64,000 nt of DNA from Massalongia carnosa (Eukaryota), in NCBI GenBank assembly GCA_965645245.1, contig OZ287074.1, positions 1,550,001-1,614,000 of the forward strand, read 5' to 3'. The notes under the pieces are model-generated. The model made no database searches. It was not told the DNA's origin and was given only the letters and a program-made list of their open reading frames with translations. Below, piece by piece: positions 50,001 through 60,883 of the stretch. The translations under genes and the position numbers were made by a program. Every line of letters begins with the position of its first letter. Positions within the stretch are counted from its first letter, which is position 1.

Positions 50001-50601
50001 CCGTGAACGGGTTTTTTGTATACATTGCTGACACAAACGCATCGCATTTGTGATCGAATTGAACATTTAACTTGTTTTCATATTGAATAGGTGGTATTTT
50101 TTCAAACATGCGCGGTTTAGTGTATTTATAAGCTGTAAATACGTCTTTATTCGCTGCCTTTTCGAAGAAAGCCAACCAAGTTTGCTGTTTCGCTTTTCGA
50201 ATTGCATGAAAGTACTCGATTCGACTATGTCTAAATGTTTGACGACTAAAATAGGACGGATTATTCTTCCATTCTCGACGATGTCACCACATGATTTTTC
50301 GAAGTCCGGTTAAATCTTGCGACCACTAATTTTTCGATTTTGCGCATATTTTTGATTTCGGAATAAACATTTCATCCGCGTTTTTGATAATGTTTTGCAA
50401 ATATAACGCTGATTCGTCAAATTGATAATTGTTCAATAGACTTTGTATGTGGGACTCGTAGTTTATTGCATTTTCGTCTAGAAACTTCGAGAATTTATCC
50501 CAATCGGCTTTATTGCAGTTGTATTTATTCGATAATGCGGTTGCGTGTGACGTCAAGTTCTTGAAAGAACCGATAAGTTCAAATCGAATAACTTCATGAT
50601 C
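47056..50601 (-). mobile_element. LINE family 1 subfamily A, 5'-truncated
   Basis: 868-aa open RT-RNase H-Zn knuckle frame; 3' UTR and tail. Confidence 0.95.
47231..49837 (-). CDS. LINE ORF2 fragment: reverse transcriptase + RNase H + C-terminal CCHC (longest open frame in window)
   Basis: LLDVKGAFD, GIPQGSPISP, FIDD, YTDGSK, WIPGHS, CTGRC...HLLMNC. Lacks the endonuclease; frameshifted upstream. Confidence 0.85.
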   Translation of the reverse strand: MKNVFFTIYSKFIQICYHPLCWRTGLRAVLKKHNKPDYSLPKSDRIITLLNSLGKIAEKIVANRLAYLGENSSLLDTEQMGGRKNHSAIDAVMNVVHDIEIAKGNKNVLSCLLLDVKGAFDFVSINQLINVMKKLHLSRIVIQWVKHFMTKRSINLIFDEHKSKTYYIESGIPQGSPISPVLFLIYIRYLFPKIRMKFNAHSPSFIDDVAIYVENKTATQNCKEIEIIVKKAFDWAATNNVKFDDDKSELIHFEKSRNASKDKVQLPNGTILEPKNSVKWLGVWLDRKLNYKKHVETRIASANRSFFAIQNLMKSEWGLKPTAWRQLYLSCIIPISDYGSEIWYNCQNKYEKLFQNLQNRMIRKILGTFKTTPVQAMEIESHILPAKLRLLMKNKKYAIRLLKIAENNPICQRIPSTYTVKFENIGFDTSLWNNRYAEWNEDEKKSSKPHPSQLIRILHSVSDIVHNTDEFESVNNFIKPWKPSCKIKFQIERSKETAKSSYYSTLSKIQSINADKSQILLYTDGSKTEFSTSAVTFAPITRNWNNFTDNFNRFIEKDCLLKHHTISKSWKLNKQSSVKNAELYAILQAIKWAYKLTIANILFNLEKTIWIFSDSINAINVIQNLTNHTYAKKIRKFSKCLFGNNYQVVLQWIPGHSKIVENEIADKAAKAGHSRILVESSIITFDYVKGQINRIMLATWANQWQQCKSKGKYYEKFEMQPGKSSFYYLSNNCSKLIFATIMQMKFGHGYFRSYLHRLKDYNSSKCTGRCNERQTPEHLLMNCIHYSNEILNMKQNIDTTITLKMLFNTRIGNNILIKFIVDNKIATRKWMLGQLDNEKIEREVGERSNSKIRNDLCWNIYELYKNKF

Positions 50602-51511
50602 GGGCACACCAACGACCACCTATCGAAACACAAGTACCGCAACTTTTGATACTCTAAAACTTTCACAGTCAATTGAACATCTCTTTCTCAGTCATTTGAG
50701 CTCCTCCAGAGCAAAAACGGACTCAGATTGAGTGTAGGAGAGCTTTAGCAAAGCTCCAGCAGAGATTTTCTGCTGGTCGCACGCGACAGACGTGATAAAG
50801 CGCGCTCAAGAAGTTATAAAAAACAACAAATACCAACAATATCACCAAAAATCGCTCTTTTTTCTCACTTTCTTCTGTTCTGTTGTCGCATTACCCTCAA
50901 ATATTACTACATGAATTATCTACAAAAAATATCTACTGTCGCGGTACTGTACAACAACTGTCGCGACGACCAACTTTTTTGAAGTTCATTTCTCATTTAA
51001 GGTTACGGGAACTTCCGCAAGCTCAAATATTCACAGTATATTTCACGTATAATTTCTGCATATACCATTTTAGGCTTTATCGATCTCCATTGAACGGCCG
51101 GTCAACAGATCACTGAAAAGAAGGGGAAAAACGTCTGGAATAGGATTATACCAAAGATCCTATTTCAGATTAATCAGAATAGGAAGTCTCTTATTATCTT
51201 ACCTTGCCTTAGATCTATTTTTATCGCAAAAAAGCAAAAAAAAAACCTTTCATTATTTTCAACTATTGTAGTGTCTGGTAAAGGGTTAAATAAGATTTAC
51301 TGCCTAAGCGAGGAACGGTCTATTTTAACCCGATTAGGATTTATTTGACGAGCTATTGTCATATAAATAGGGATAGGAAAGCAAGAGTCGTTAGACCTGT
51401 AAATTGGTGTAAATTTCTATTCTGATTAGTACGTCCGGGGAACATCAGAATAAATTATTTGGTGGTGATAAAAGGGATATTGAAAAGGCATATCGATTTA
51501 TTTATTAAATC

Positions 51512-53086
51512 ATGTTCAATCCGGTACTCCCTAGGACTCGACGAATTATATCGAGAGCCTCCCCGGGAACACCCCTGAGCACTCCTCAAAACCCTCCCCA
51601 AATGGAATCTCCGGGGCTCTCGTCAGTAGGACTTATAGAAAAATCGCCTGTACTTGACGAGCCTATGGATCAATCACATGAATAATCGTCCGCCCCGACT
51701 ACGCCGACCCCAAAAGCAACCAAATTCCCATCTGGATAATTTACTACCAATCTACCCATGCCATCGTTAAATTCTAATATAGAATTAAGCCCGCCTATCA
51801 AACGTAACAAACGAAAAACATTCGACGAACGAGTAGAGGAAAGCCAAGAAGCAATCAGTCGAGCACAATCGATTGGATTACTCAAAACGGCTAAAGCCGC
51901 GTTATTGAAGTCATTTGTCTTAGATCAAAATCCAGAAACAGCAATAGTCATTGATAATGTCAATTCCTTATTGACAAAAAAATCAATTAATATCAAAACA
52001 ACACTAGACATGATGAATTGGAAATTGGACAAGGTAATTGATCAGACTAGTAATCGAACCTCAGAAACAACGCGAAAATCGACTCGGGTTCAACAAGTCA
52101 ATATGACTGAAAATCCAAATAAAGTCGTCAACACGAACGCACGAAAGGAAACCGCCGGGGTTACGAGTACAAAGGTCAATAACACGCCTCCATCCTGGAG
52201 TCAAATGCTTGGAAAAGCAACTGCGAATTCCGAAAAGTGGACCACTGTTTCCAGATCGAAAAATTCGAGTCAAACCTCGAACAAACTCGACAAAACCGAC
52301 GAATAAATTTCAATCAAACTCAGACGACTGATAATTACACCAAAAATTCAAATCGGCGATATCGACTCATTGAAACTTCGAGATCAAATCAACGCGCAAT
52401 TCAGCAACGCGAAGTTAGATAGCTTAATCAACACGGTCGAAAAATCGAAAACCGGTCAGAATATCGTTCTCACTACTAGTTCGAAAAACACTGCTGCAGA
52501 ATTGTTGGAAAACAAATCTATATGGGAACATATGTTCGATGCACAAAGAATTCGAAAAGACGAATCCTGGTTTAAAGTGATCGCACATGGAGTAAATATT
52601 GCAACGTTTGATCAAAATATGCAATTTTTGCAAAACGAAATCCAGAAATTCAACCTTAACATAGAATTGTGCGATTTACCCAGATGGCTAGCGCGAGATC
52701 GCGAAAATAAAGTCAATTCTTCGGTCGTTTTGACTTTTAACAATCGAAATCAGGCCTTAAACGCGTTAAAAGGCGTAAATATCGCGGGAAAACACTGTGA
52801 CACGGAAATATTTACTTCCGTTCGTCCGAATACACAATGTATTAATTGTCAAAAATTCGGACACAAGCATTATCAGTGTCGAAACAAATCAAAATGCAAT
52901 ATTTGTGCACAAAATCATGAAACACGTAATCATGAATGCATAACATGCAAATCGAAAACTGCGTGTGCACACGTTGTTGTGAAATGTGCAAACTGCAATA
53001 AAAATCATCAATCAAATGATGAACATTGTGAAATGTTTACTGCATTAAATCCACGAAAATCGGCTGACGAATTATCCGCCTTATAA
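51512..53086 (+). pseudogene. LINE ORF1 (gag-like, Pro-rich N-terminus, three Cys/His knuckles) with in-frame stops
   Basis: ATG 51512 is in frame with ORFs 51758-52306 and 52370-53086; CINCQKFGHKHYQC, CNICAQNHETRNHEC, CANCNKNHQSNDEHC. Confidence 0.88.
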
Positions 53087-56000
53087 TGGCAGGACAGCAT
53101 TCGTTGGCAAATATAGAAAATACTCACAATGTCAAATTTATTCAACACAACTGTGGAAGGTCAACGAATGCAATGATTTCGTGTTTGGAATATTCTTTAT
53201 CAAATCAAATTGATATTGTTTTGTTTCAGGAACCATGGACACGAGATCAAAATACAATATCACATCCGTCATTTCCATGCATTATGCCGAAAATAGCAAC
53301 TTATCGCTCGAGAGTAGCTATATTTTTCACAAAATGCAATCCCAAACTGCAATGCACGCCTAGAACGGATCTTATTGACGATTCCGATATGCAAATTATT
53401 GAAATTACAATTGATGAAGTTCGAAAAGTGCAGATTTTCAATATTTATAACGAAAAAAGTCAAAATAATCGAGAAACATACACGATCGATCGACTTTTAA
53501 TCAAATATCAACCTACATCAACTAATCAATTCATCATATGTGGAGATTTCAATGCACATCATAACTGGTGGAATTCGAAAATTCAACATGCAATTCGATC
53601 AGAAAATTTAGTCAAATGGTTGAAAATAAACAAATGTAGTTTGATAAACACACCTGGTTTATGCACATTCTACGCCATTCTGGAAGCTCATCATCTGTTA
53701 TTGATTTAACATTTGCAAATTCAAAAATCGAAAATGCAATTACAAACTGGGCAATCGATGAAAACGCAGTCACAGGTTCAGATCATGAAGTCATCCGATT
53801 TGAACTAATCGCATCTTTCAATAATTTGACTTCACATGCACCCGCATTAGCGAATAAATATAATTGCAATAAAGCCGATTGGAATAAATTCGCGAAGTTT
53901 CTAGACGAAAATTCAATCAACTACGAATTAAAAGTTCAAAGTTTATTGAATAATCATCAATTCGAAGAATCAGCGATACATTTGCAAAAAATTGTCACAG
54001 GTTCAGATTATGAAGTCATCCGATTTGAACTAATCGCATCTTTCAAGAATTTGACGTCACATGCAACCGCATTATCGAATAAATACAATTGTAATAAAGC
54101 CGATTCGAATAAATTCGCGAAGTTTCTAGACGAAAATTCAATCAACTACGAATCAAAAGTTCAAAGTTTATTCAATAATCATCAATTCGACGAATCAGCG
54201 ATACATTTGTAAAAAATTATCAAAAACGCGGCTGAAATGTTTATTCCGAAAACAAAAATATGTGCAAAATCGAAAAATTGGTGGTCGCAAGATTTAACCG
54301 AACTTCGAAAAATCATTTGCAGGCATCGTCGAGAATGGAAGAATTATCCGTCCGATTTTAGTCATCGGACGTTTAAACATAGTCGAATTGAGTATTTTCA
54401 TGCAATTCGAAAAGCAAAACAACAAACCTGGTTGACTTTTCTAGAAAATGCAGCGAATAAAGACGTGTTTACCGCGTATAAATATACTAAACCGCGCATA
54501 TTCGAAAAAATACCGCAGATTCTACATGAAAATAACTTAATGTTCAGTTTGATGACAAATGCGATGCGTTTGTGTCTGCAATGTACACAAAAAACCCATT
54601 TATAGACGATAATGTCGAAGATTTACCAAATCAAGACAGCGAAAGTGATGATAATTGGCCAGATTTGACCGAAAACGAGCTGCAAAATGCGATTAATTTA
54701 TTTAATCCGAAGAAAGCATGTGGACCTGATGCAATCAATTTTACAATTGTTCAAAAATCGTTTCAATCGTTGAAAAACGTGTTTTTCATGATTTATTCGA
54801 AATTCATTCGAATCGGTTATCACCCGTTATGCTGGCGGACAGGACTCGGTGCAGTTCTGAAAAAACCTAATAAATCAGACTATTCGCTACCAAAATCATA
54901 TCGAATTATCACATTACTAAATTGTCTTTGTAAAATTGCTGAGAAAATCGTTGCAAATCGACTAGCCTACTTCGGCGAAAATTCGAATTTACTAGATATC
55001 GAACAGATGGGTAGACGCAAAAATCATTCTGCAATTGACGCAGTAATGAACGTCGTTCATGATATCGAAATTGCGAATCGAAATAAAAGCGTTTTATCCT
55101 GTTTATTACTCGATGTCAAAGGCGCATTTGACTTTGTCTCGATTAATCAACTGCTAAATGTCATGAAAAAGCTGAAATTATCTCGCATAATAATTCAATG
55201 GGTCAAGCATTTCATGACAAAACGATCGATCAATTTGATATTCGATGAAAACAAAAGCAAAACATATAATGTCGAATCAGGAATTCCACAAGGTTCACCA
55301 ATCTCGCCTATTCTATTTCTGATTTACATTCGTCAATTGTTTCCGAAAATACGAATGAAATTTAATGCACATTCTCCCAGTTTTATTGACGATGTTGCAA
55401 TATATGTCGAAAATAAAACTGCAAAACAAAATTGCAAAGAAATCGAAATCATAGTCAAAAAAGCTTTTGATTGGGCCGCATTGAATAATGTCAAATTTGA
55501 TGACGATAAATCCGAGCTGATTCACTTCGAAAAGACAAGAAATGTATCGAAAGACACATTGGAATTTTTAAACGGGACAGTACTAGAACCGAAAAATGTA
55601 GTCAAATGGTTGGGCGTCTGGTTAGACCGGAAACTGAATTTCAAAAAACACGTCGAAACGCGAATCTCTTCTGCGAATCGATCGTTTTTTGCAATTCAGA
55701 ATTTAATGAAATCCGAATGGGGTCTGAAACCGACCGCATGCAGACAGCTCTATTTGTCATGCATTATTCCTATTTCGGACTATGGCTCAGAAATTTGGTA
55801 TAATGGTCAAAAGAAATATGAAAAACTATTTCAGAACCTACAAAATCGAATGATTCGAAAGTTTTTAGGAACTTTCAAAACCACACCTATTCAGGCGATG
55901 GAAATTGAATCACATGTTTTACCAGTTAAACTTCGATTATTAATGGAAAATCAAAAATACGCAATTCGATTATTGAAGATTGCCGAAAATAACCCTATTT

Positions 56001-57322
56001 GTCAAAGAATTCCAAATACATATTCGATAAAATTCGAAAACATCGGTTTTGACACTAGTTTATGGAACAACAAATATGCCGAATGGAACGAAGACGAAAA
56101 ACAAACAAATAAACGACATCCTAGTCAGCTCATTCGCGTTCTTCATTCCGTTTCCGACATAGTTCACAAAACTGATGAGTTTGAACAATCAAATCATTTT
56201 ATTAAACCTTGGAAATCGCCGTGCAAAATCGAATTTCAAATCGAAAATACAAAGGAATCTGCTAAATCAAGTTATTATTCGACCTTATCCAAAATTCATA
56301 CAATGAACTTCGATAAATCCCGAGTTTTACTTTATACGGATGGATCAAAAATCTAATTTGCAACGTCTGCAGTCACATTTGCGCCAATTATGAGGAATTG
56401 GAGTAGTATTATCAATAATTTTGATCTATTTATCGAAAAAGATTGTCTGATCAAGTATCATACGATTTCGAAAAGCTGGAAATTAAGCAAACAGTCAAGC
56501 ATTAAAAATGCTGAACTGCATGCAATTTTACAAGCAATGAAATGGGTCTATAAATTGTCTAATACTAATATTTTATCGAACTTGGAAAAAACGATTTGGA
56601 TTTTTTCTGATAGTATAAACGCGATAAACGAAATTCAGAACTTGAAAAATCATAATTTCGCAAGACAAATTCGAAAGCTCGCAAAACGCTTATTTGAAAG
56701 CAATTATCAGGTGATTTTGCAATGGGTTCCGAGTCATTCGAATATTACCGAAAACGAAATTGCAGACAAAATAGCAAAGACGGGACATAATCAAATCCTA
56801 GTCGAGTCCTCGGCTATAACATTTGATTATGTAAAAGATCAAATAAATCAAAATATGCTAACCACATGGACGAATCAATGGCAACAATGCAAATCAAAAG
56901 GCAAATACTACGAGAAATTCGAAATGAAACCTGGCATATCGAGATTTTATTATTTATCAAACAACTGTTCCAAATTGATATTTGCCACTATTATGCAATT
57001 AAAATTCGGACACGGCTATTTTCGATCATATTTACATCGATTGAAAGATTATAATTCGTCAAAATGCTCAAATCGATGCAATCAACGACAAACGCCAGAA
57101 CACTTGTTATTGAATTGCATTCACTATTTCGATGAAATTCAAAACATGAAACAAACCATCGATACTACGATCAACTTGAATATGTTGTTTAATACAAAAA
57201 TCGGAAATGATATTTTGATTAAATTCATTGTCAATAACAAAATCGCGACTAGAAAATGGATACTAGGTCAGCTTGATGACGAGATTTTCGAAACTGGAGG
57301 TTGGGGAGAGATCGAACAGTAA
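53086..57322 (+). pseudogene. LINE ORF2 (APE endonuclease-RT-RNase H-CCHC), disrupted
   Basis: Five consecutive ORF pieces with all domain motifs; frameshifts near 53675 and 54540; stops ending at 54212 and 56356. Confidence 0.92.
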
Positions 57323-57574
57323 AATCAGAAACGATTTATGCTGAAACAGTTACGAACTTACAAAGATAAATTGTAAAATCGATAATTTTCGATTACTATA
57401 GGTTGTTACTAACACGGAGTAAAAATGGGGAAAAATTGACGATACATAGATGGGTTATAAAGGGTTGATTTATTTGTAATATAGAAACATATCCTAAAAT
57501 AGTTTAGTGTCATAACCTTAGGTTGAATACACTTAATGAATAAAAAAAAAAAAAAAAAAGATTGTTCCGTTGTT

Positions 57575-59046
57575 TCTGGAAAGTTTGCTAGTTTGTTCTA
57601 GCACCCTATTCAATTTCCAATCAATCATTTCCAGCGTTGCTTTAGGCTTGATTGTTTTCTTTATCAGTAGAGAGTTGATGTTATCAATGACAATAGCCGT
57701 TTCGGGATTTTGATCTAATACGAATGACTCCAATAGTGCGTTTTTAGCTGTATTCAATAGTTGAATTGATTTCGTTCGATTGATGACTTCTTGACTTTGA
57801 ATCGAATACTCGTCAAATGTTCTTCTTTTATTGCGTTTGATTGGCGGGCTTAATCCAATATTCGAATTTAATGACGGCATAGGTAAATTAGTAGTAAATT
57901 CACCAGATGGAGCAATGAACGCCTTCGCTTTAGGGGTCGGTGTGGAGGGGGCGGACGAAAATTTCCCTGACTGGTCCATAGCTTCTATAAACTCGTCGGA
58001 TGGGGGTGAGCTCCCTATCATGGCTACTGAAGATGGCGCGGGAGAGTCGTTTCGGGGAGGACCCGGGGGAGTACTCGGGGGGGCCGATAAATTTCTAGGT
58101 GGGGGGCCTTGGGGGGTTGGTCTCGCCAAAAATCGCCTATTTCTAGGAAGTGCCGAGTTGGTTACCGGGTTGATTACCTGGTTGAACATGCCTTTTCTAT
58201 ATCCCTTTTATCACCACCAAATAGTTTATTCTGACGTTCCCCAGACGTACTAGTCAGAATAGAAATTACACCGATTTACTGGTCAAATAACTCTTTCTTT
58301 CCTATCCCTATTTAATTGACAATAACAAGTCAAATAAATCCTTATCGGGTTAAAGTAGACCGTTCCTCGCTTAGGCAGTAAATCTTATTTAACCCTTTAC
58401 CAGACACTACAATAGTTGAAAATAATGAAACTTTTTTTTTTCGATAAAAATAGATCTAAGGCAAGGTAAGATAATAAGAGACTTCCTATTCTGATTAATC
58501 TGAAACAGGACCTTTGGTATAATCCTATTCCAGACGTTTTTCCCCTTCTTTTCAGTGATCTGTTGACCGGCCGTTCAATGGAGATCGATAAAGCCTAAAA
58601 TGGTATATGCAGAAATTATACGTGAAATATACTGTGAAAATTTGTCCTAGCGGAAGTTCCCGTAACCTTAAATGAGAAATGAACTTCAAAAAAGTTTATC
58701 GTCGCGACAGTTGTTGTACAGTACCGCGACAGTAGATATTTTTTGTAGATAATTCTTGTAGTAATAATTGAGGAGAATGCGACAACAGAACAGAAGAAAG
58801 TGAGAAAAAAGAGCGATTTTTGGTTATGTTGTTGGTATTTGTTGTTTTTTATAACTTCTTGAGCGCGCTTTATTACGTCGGTCGCGTGCGACCAGCAGAA
58901 AATCTCTGCTGGAGCTTTGCCTGAGCTCTCCTACACTCAATGTGAGTCCGTTTTTGTTCTGGAGGAGCTCAAATGACTGAGAAATAGAGGCTAAATTGAC
59001 TGTAAAAGTTATAGATTATCAAAAGTTGCGGTACTTGTGTTTCGAT
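57575..59046 (-). mobile_element. LINE family 1 5' part (5' UTR + ORF1 N-terminus)
   Basis: 5' UTR homologous to 50622 onward; ORF 57533-58189 is a Pro-rich ORF1 start. Confidence 0.9.
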
Positions 59047-59109
59047 CTGCGGTGAGGTGATTTACTGGTCTGCCCGGTTGCGTGTGTCGTCAAGTTCTTG
59101 AAAGACGCG

Positions 59110-59930
59110 ATCCCTTACGAACTATTCGTGGGTCGAATAAATGCTCCTATATTGATTTATTGTTCAATAAATCTTCAGTAGTGTTATCAGGACTAGTAGT
59201 CAGAACGATATTTTGACCCATTTTGGACTTTTCGACCCTGTTAACAACGATAGTCAATTTCGCGTCTTTAAAAAGCATATTGATTTGGTTTCGAAGCAAA
59301 AGTGAATCGATATCGCCGATTTGAGCTTTCGGTGTGATTATTAACAGTCGAGATTTGATCGCCTTGAATTCGTCAGTATTATCGTTTTTGTTCGCATTCG
59401 AACTTTTGTTTTTGTTGTTATTATATTTTTTTGGATCGAGGAACGGTAGTCCAATTTTCGGAATTGACAATTGCTTTTCCGAATATTTGGCTCCATGTTC
59501 TAGCTGTATCGTTGACCTGCGGCCCTGGGACTCCGGCGGTTTTGCTACGAATTTCTAGGTTGACGTTTTTAGTCAAATTCGAATTTCCATTTGAATTCCC
59601 TTCGATTTTGTCTGTACAGGTCGCACCGATTGTCTCTTTGTTTCTGGAATTTAGCTAGTTTGTTCTAGCACTCACAGTATATTTCACGTATAATTTTTGC
59701 ACATTCCATTTTTGGCTTTATCGATCTTCGTTGAACGGCCGGTCAACATATCACTGAAAAGAAGGGGAAAAACGTCTGGAATAGGATTATACCAAAGGTC
59801 TTGTTTCAGATTAATCAGAATAGGAAGTCTCGTATTATCTTATATTGCATTAAATCTTTCTATATTGAAAAAAACAACAAAAAAAACTTTTATTATTTTC
59901 ACCTATTGTAGTCTATTGTAAAGGGTTAAA
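59110..59930. mobile_element. LINE family 1 fragments: ORF1 (-, ~59110-59672) and 5' UTR (+, ~59673-59930)
   Basis: Direct similarity to 24340-24900 and 23530-23785. Confidence 0.85.
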
Positions 59931-60059
59931 AGCGAACATAGCAGGAGTCCCAGTTATAGTAGAATAGAGCTTGGTCTGCGGGCTAAGTATTATGCCTTTC
60001 GGTCGGGAAGGACAGGTGGCGCAATGGTAGAAATCTATTCACTATCTCGCTTCGTCACA
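59931..60059. mobile_element. Truncated LTR, family of 1840-2010
   Basis: AGCGAACATAGCAGGAGTCC...CGCTTCGTCACA. Confidence 0.85.
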
Positions 60060-60776
60060 CCCTGTTCCCAAATCGTGTGAACCTGTTTAGTTAGCAGTTC
60101 CAGTATTGACTCTGTGGATCTGCCCTTCCTTGCTCCCATGTGTGTATCGGGTAGGAGCCGGTGTTTTTCCACCAGATAAGTTATTTTCGATCCAATGATG
60201 GATTCCATAACTTTACTTAACGTGTTGAGTAGTGCAATTGGTCTGTAGGCTTTCCGCGTAGTATAGTCTCCTTTGTCTATTTTTTTCAGCGCTATTGTGT
60301 TTGCCATTTTGAAGGCCCGCGGGTAGTACGAGTATGTGACGCATGCCTAAAACAGAGGTGTTAGTAGTTCGACAAGTATTTCGCTGCATGCTTTGAGTGT
60401 TCTGTTAGATATGCCGTCTGGGCCCGGTCATTTATAGTTTGGTAGGGCGACATGTGTCATCTATGGTCAGGTGACATGGCAGGCCTGTGTGGGGATAAAA
60501 CAGGTTTTTTGCTGGCGTTTTCTTTATCATTTCCGGATATTATCTTCTATCACCTACGCTAGCATCATCATCGTCGTGTCACGTAGTCATCGACACACGT
60601 TTATTTCGTGCATCAACTAGGCGTTCAGTCGTTTAGTCGTCGAGTTCGTTTCATGTCTATGAAGTCGTAGGTCAATTCCGACGTTTGAGTATGTGTGTGT
60701 ATATTTACTACTCGGTTCGCCATCTATCATCACGTACTACCACCTTCAATTAGCACGCACGATTACTCTACTTCAA
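60060..60776 (-). mobile_element. LINE family 2, internally deleted (5' UTR joined to RT fragment)
   Basis: 60429-60776 matches 20251-20710; 60060-60428 is RT (YRPIALLNTLSK). Confidence 0.85.
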
Positions 60777-60789
60777 TAGATTAGTTATA

Positions 60790-60883
60790 AAAAATTGATT
60801 TATTTGTATTATAGAAACATATCCTAAAATAGTTTAGTGTCATAACCTTAGGTTGAATACACTTAATGAATAAATTAAAAAAA
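60790..60883 (+). mobile_element. LINE family 1 extreme 3' end (~90 bp) with tail
   Basis: TTGATTTATTTG...CATAACCTTAGGTTGAATACACTTAATGAATAAA. Confidence 0.85.

Larger units (their letters stand above)
50622..57559 (+). mobile_element. Near full-length Tad1-like LINE (family 1), ~6.9 kb
   Basis: 5' end ATCGAAACAC (shared with 59046 -); ~890-bp 5' UTR, ORF1, ORF2, 3' UTR, poly(A). No TSD found. Confidence 0.95.

Noticed and set aside
57831..58253. Antisense ORFs over LINE ORF1/ORF2 (also 24362-24688, 39426-39614, 55313-55525)
   Set aside because: Shadow frames of the LINE coding strand with no independent evidence.
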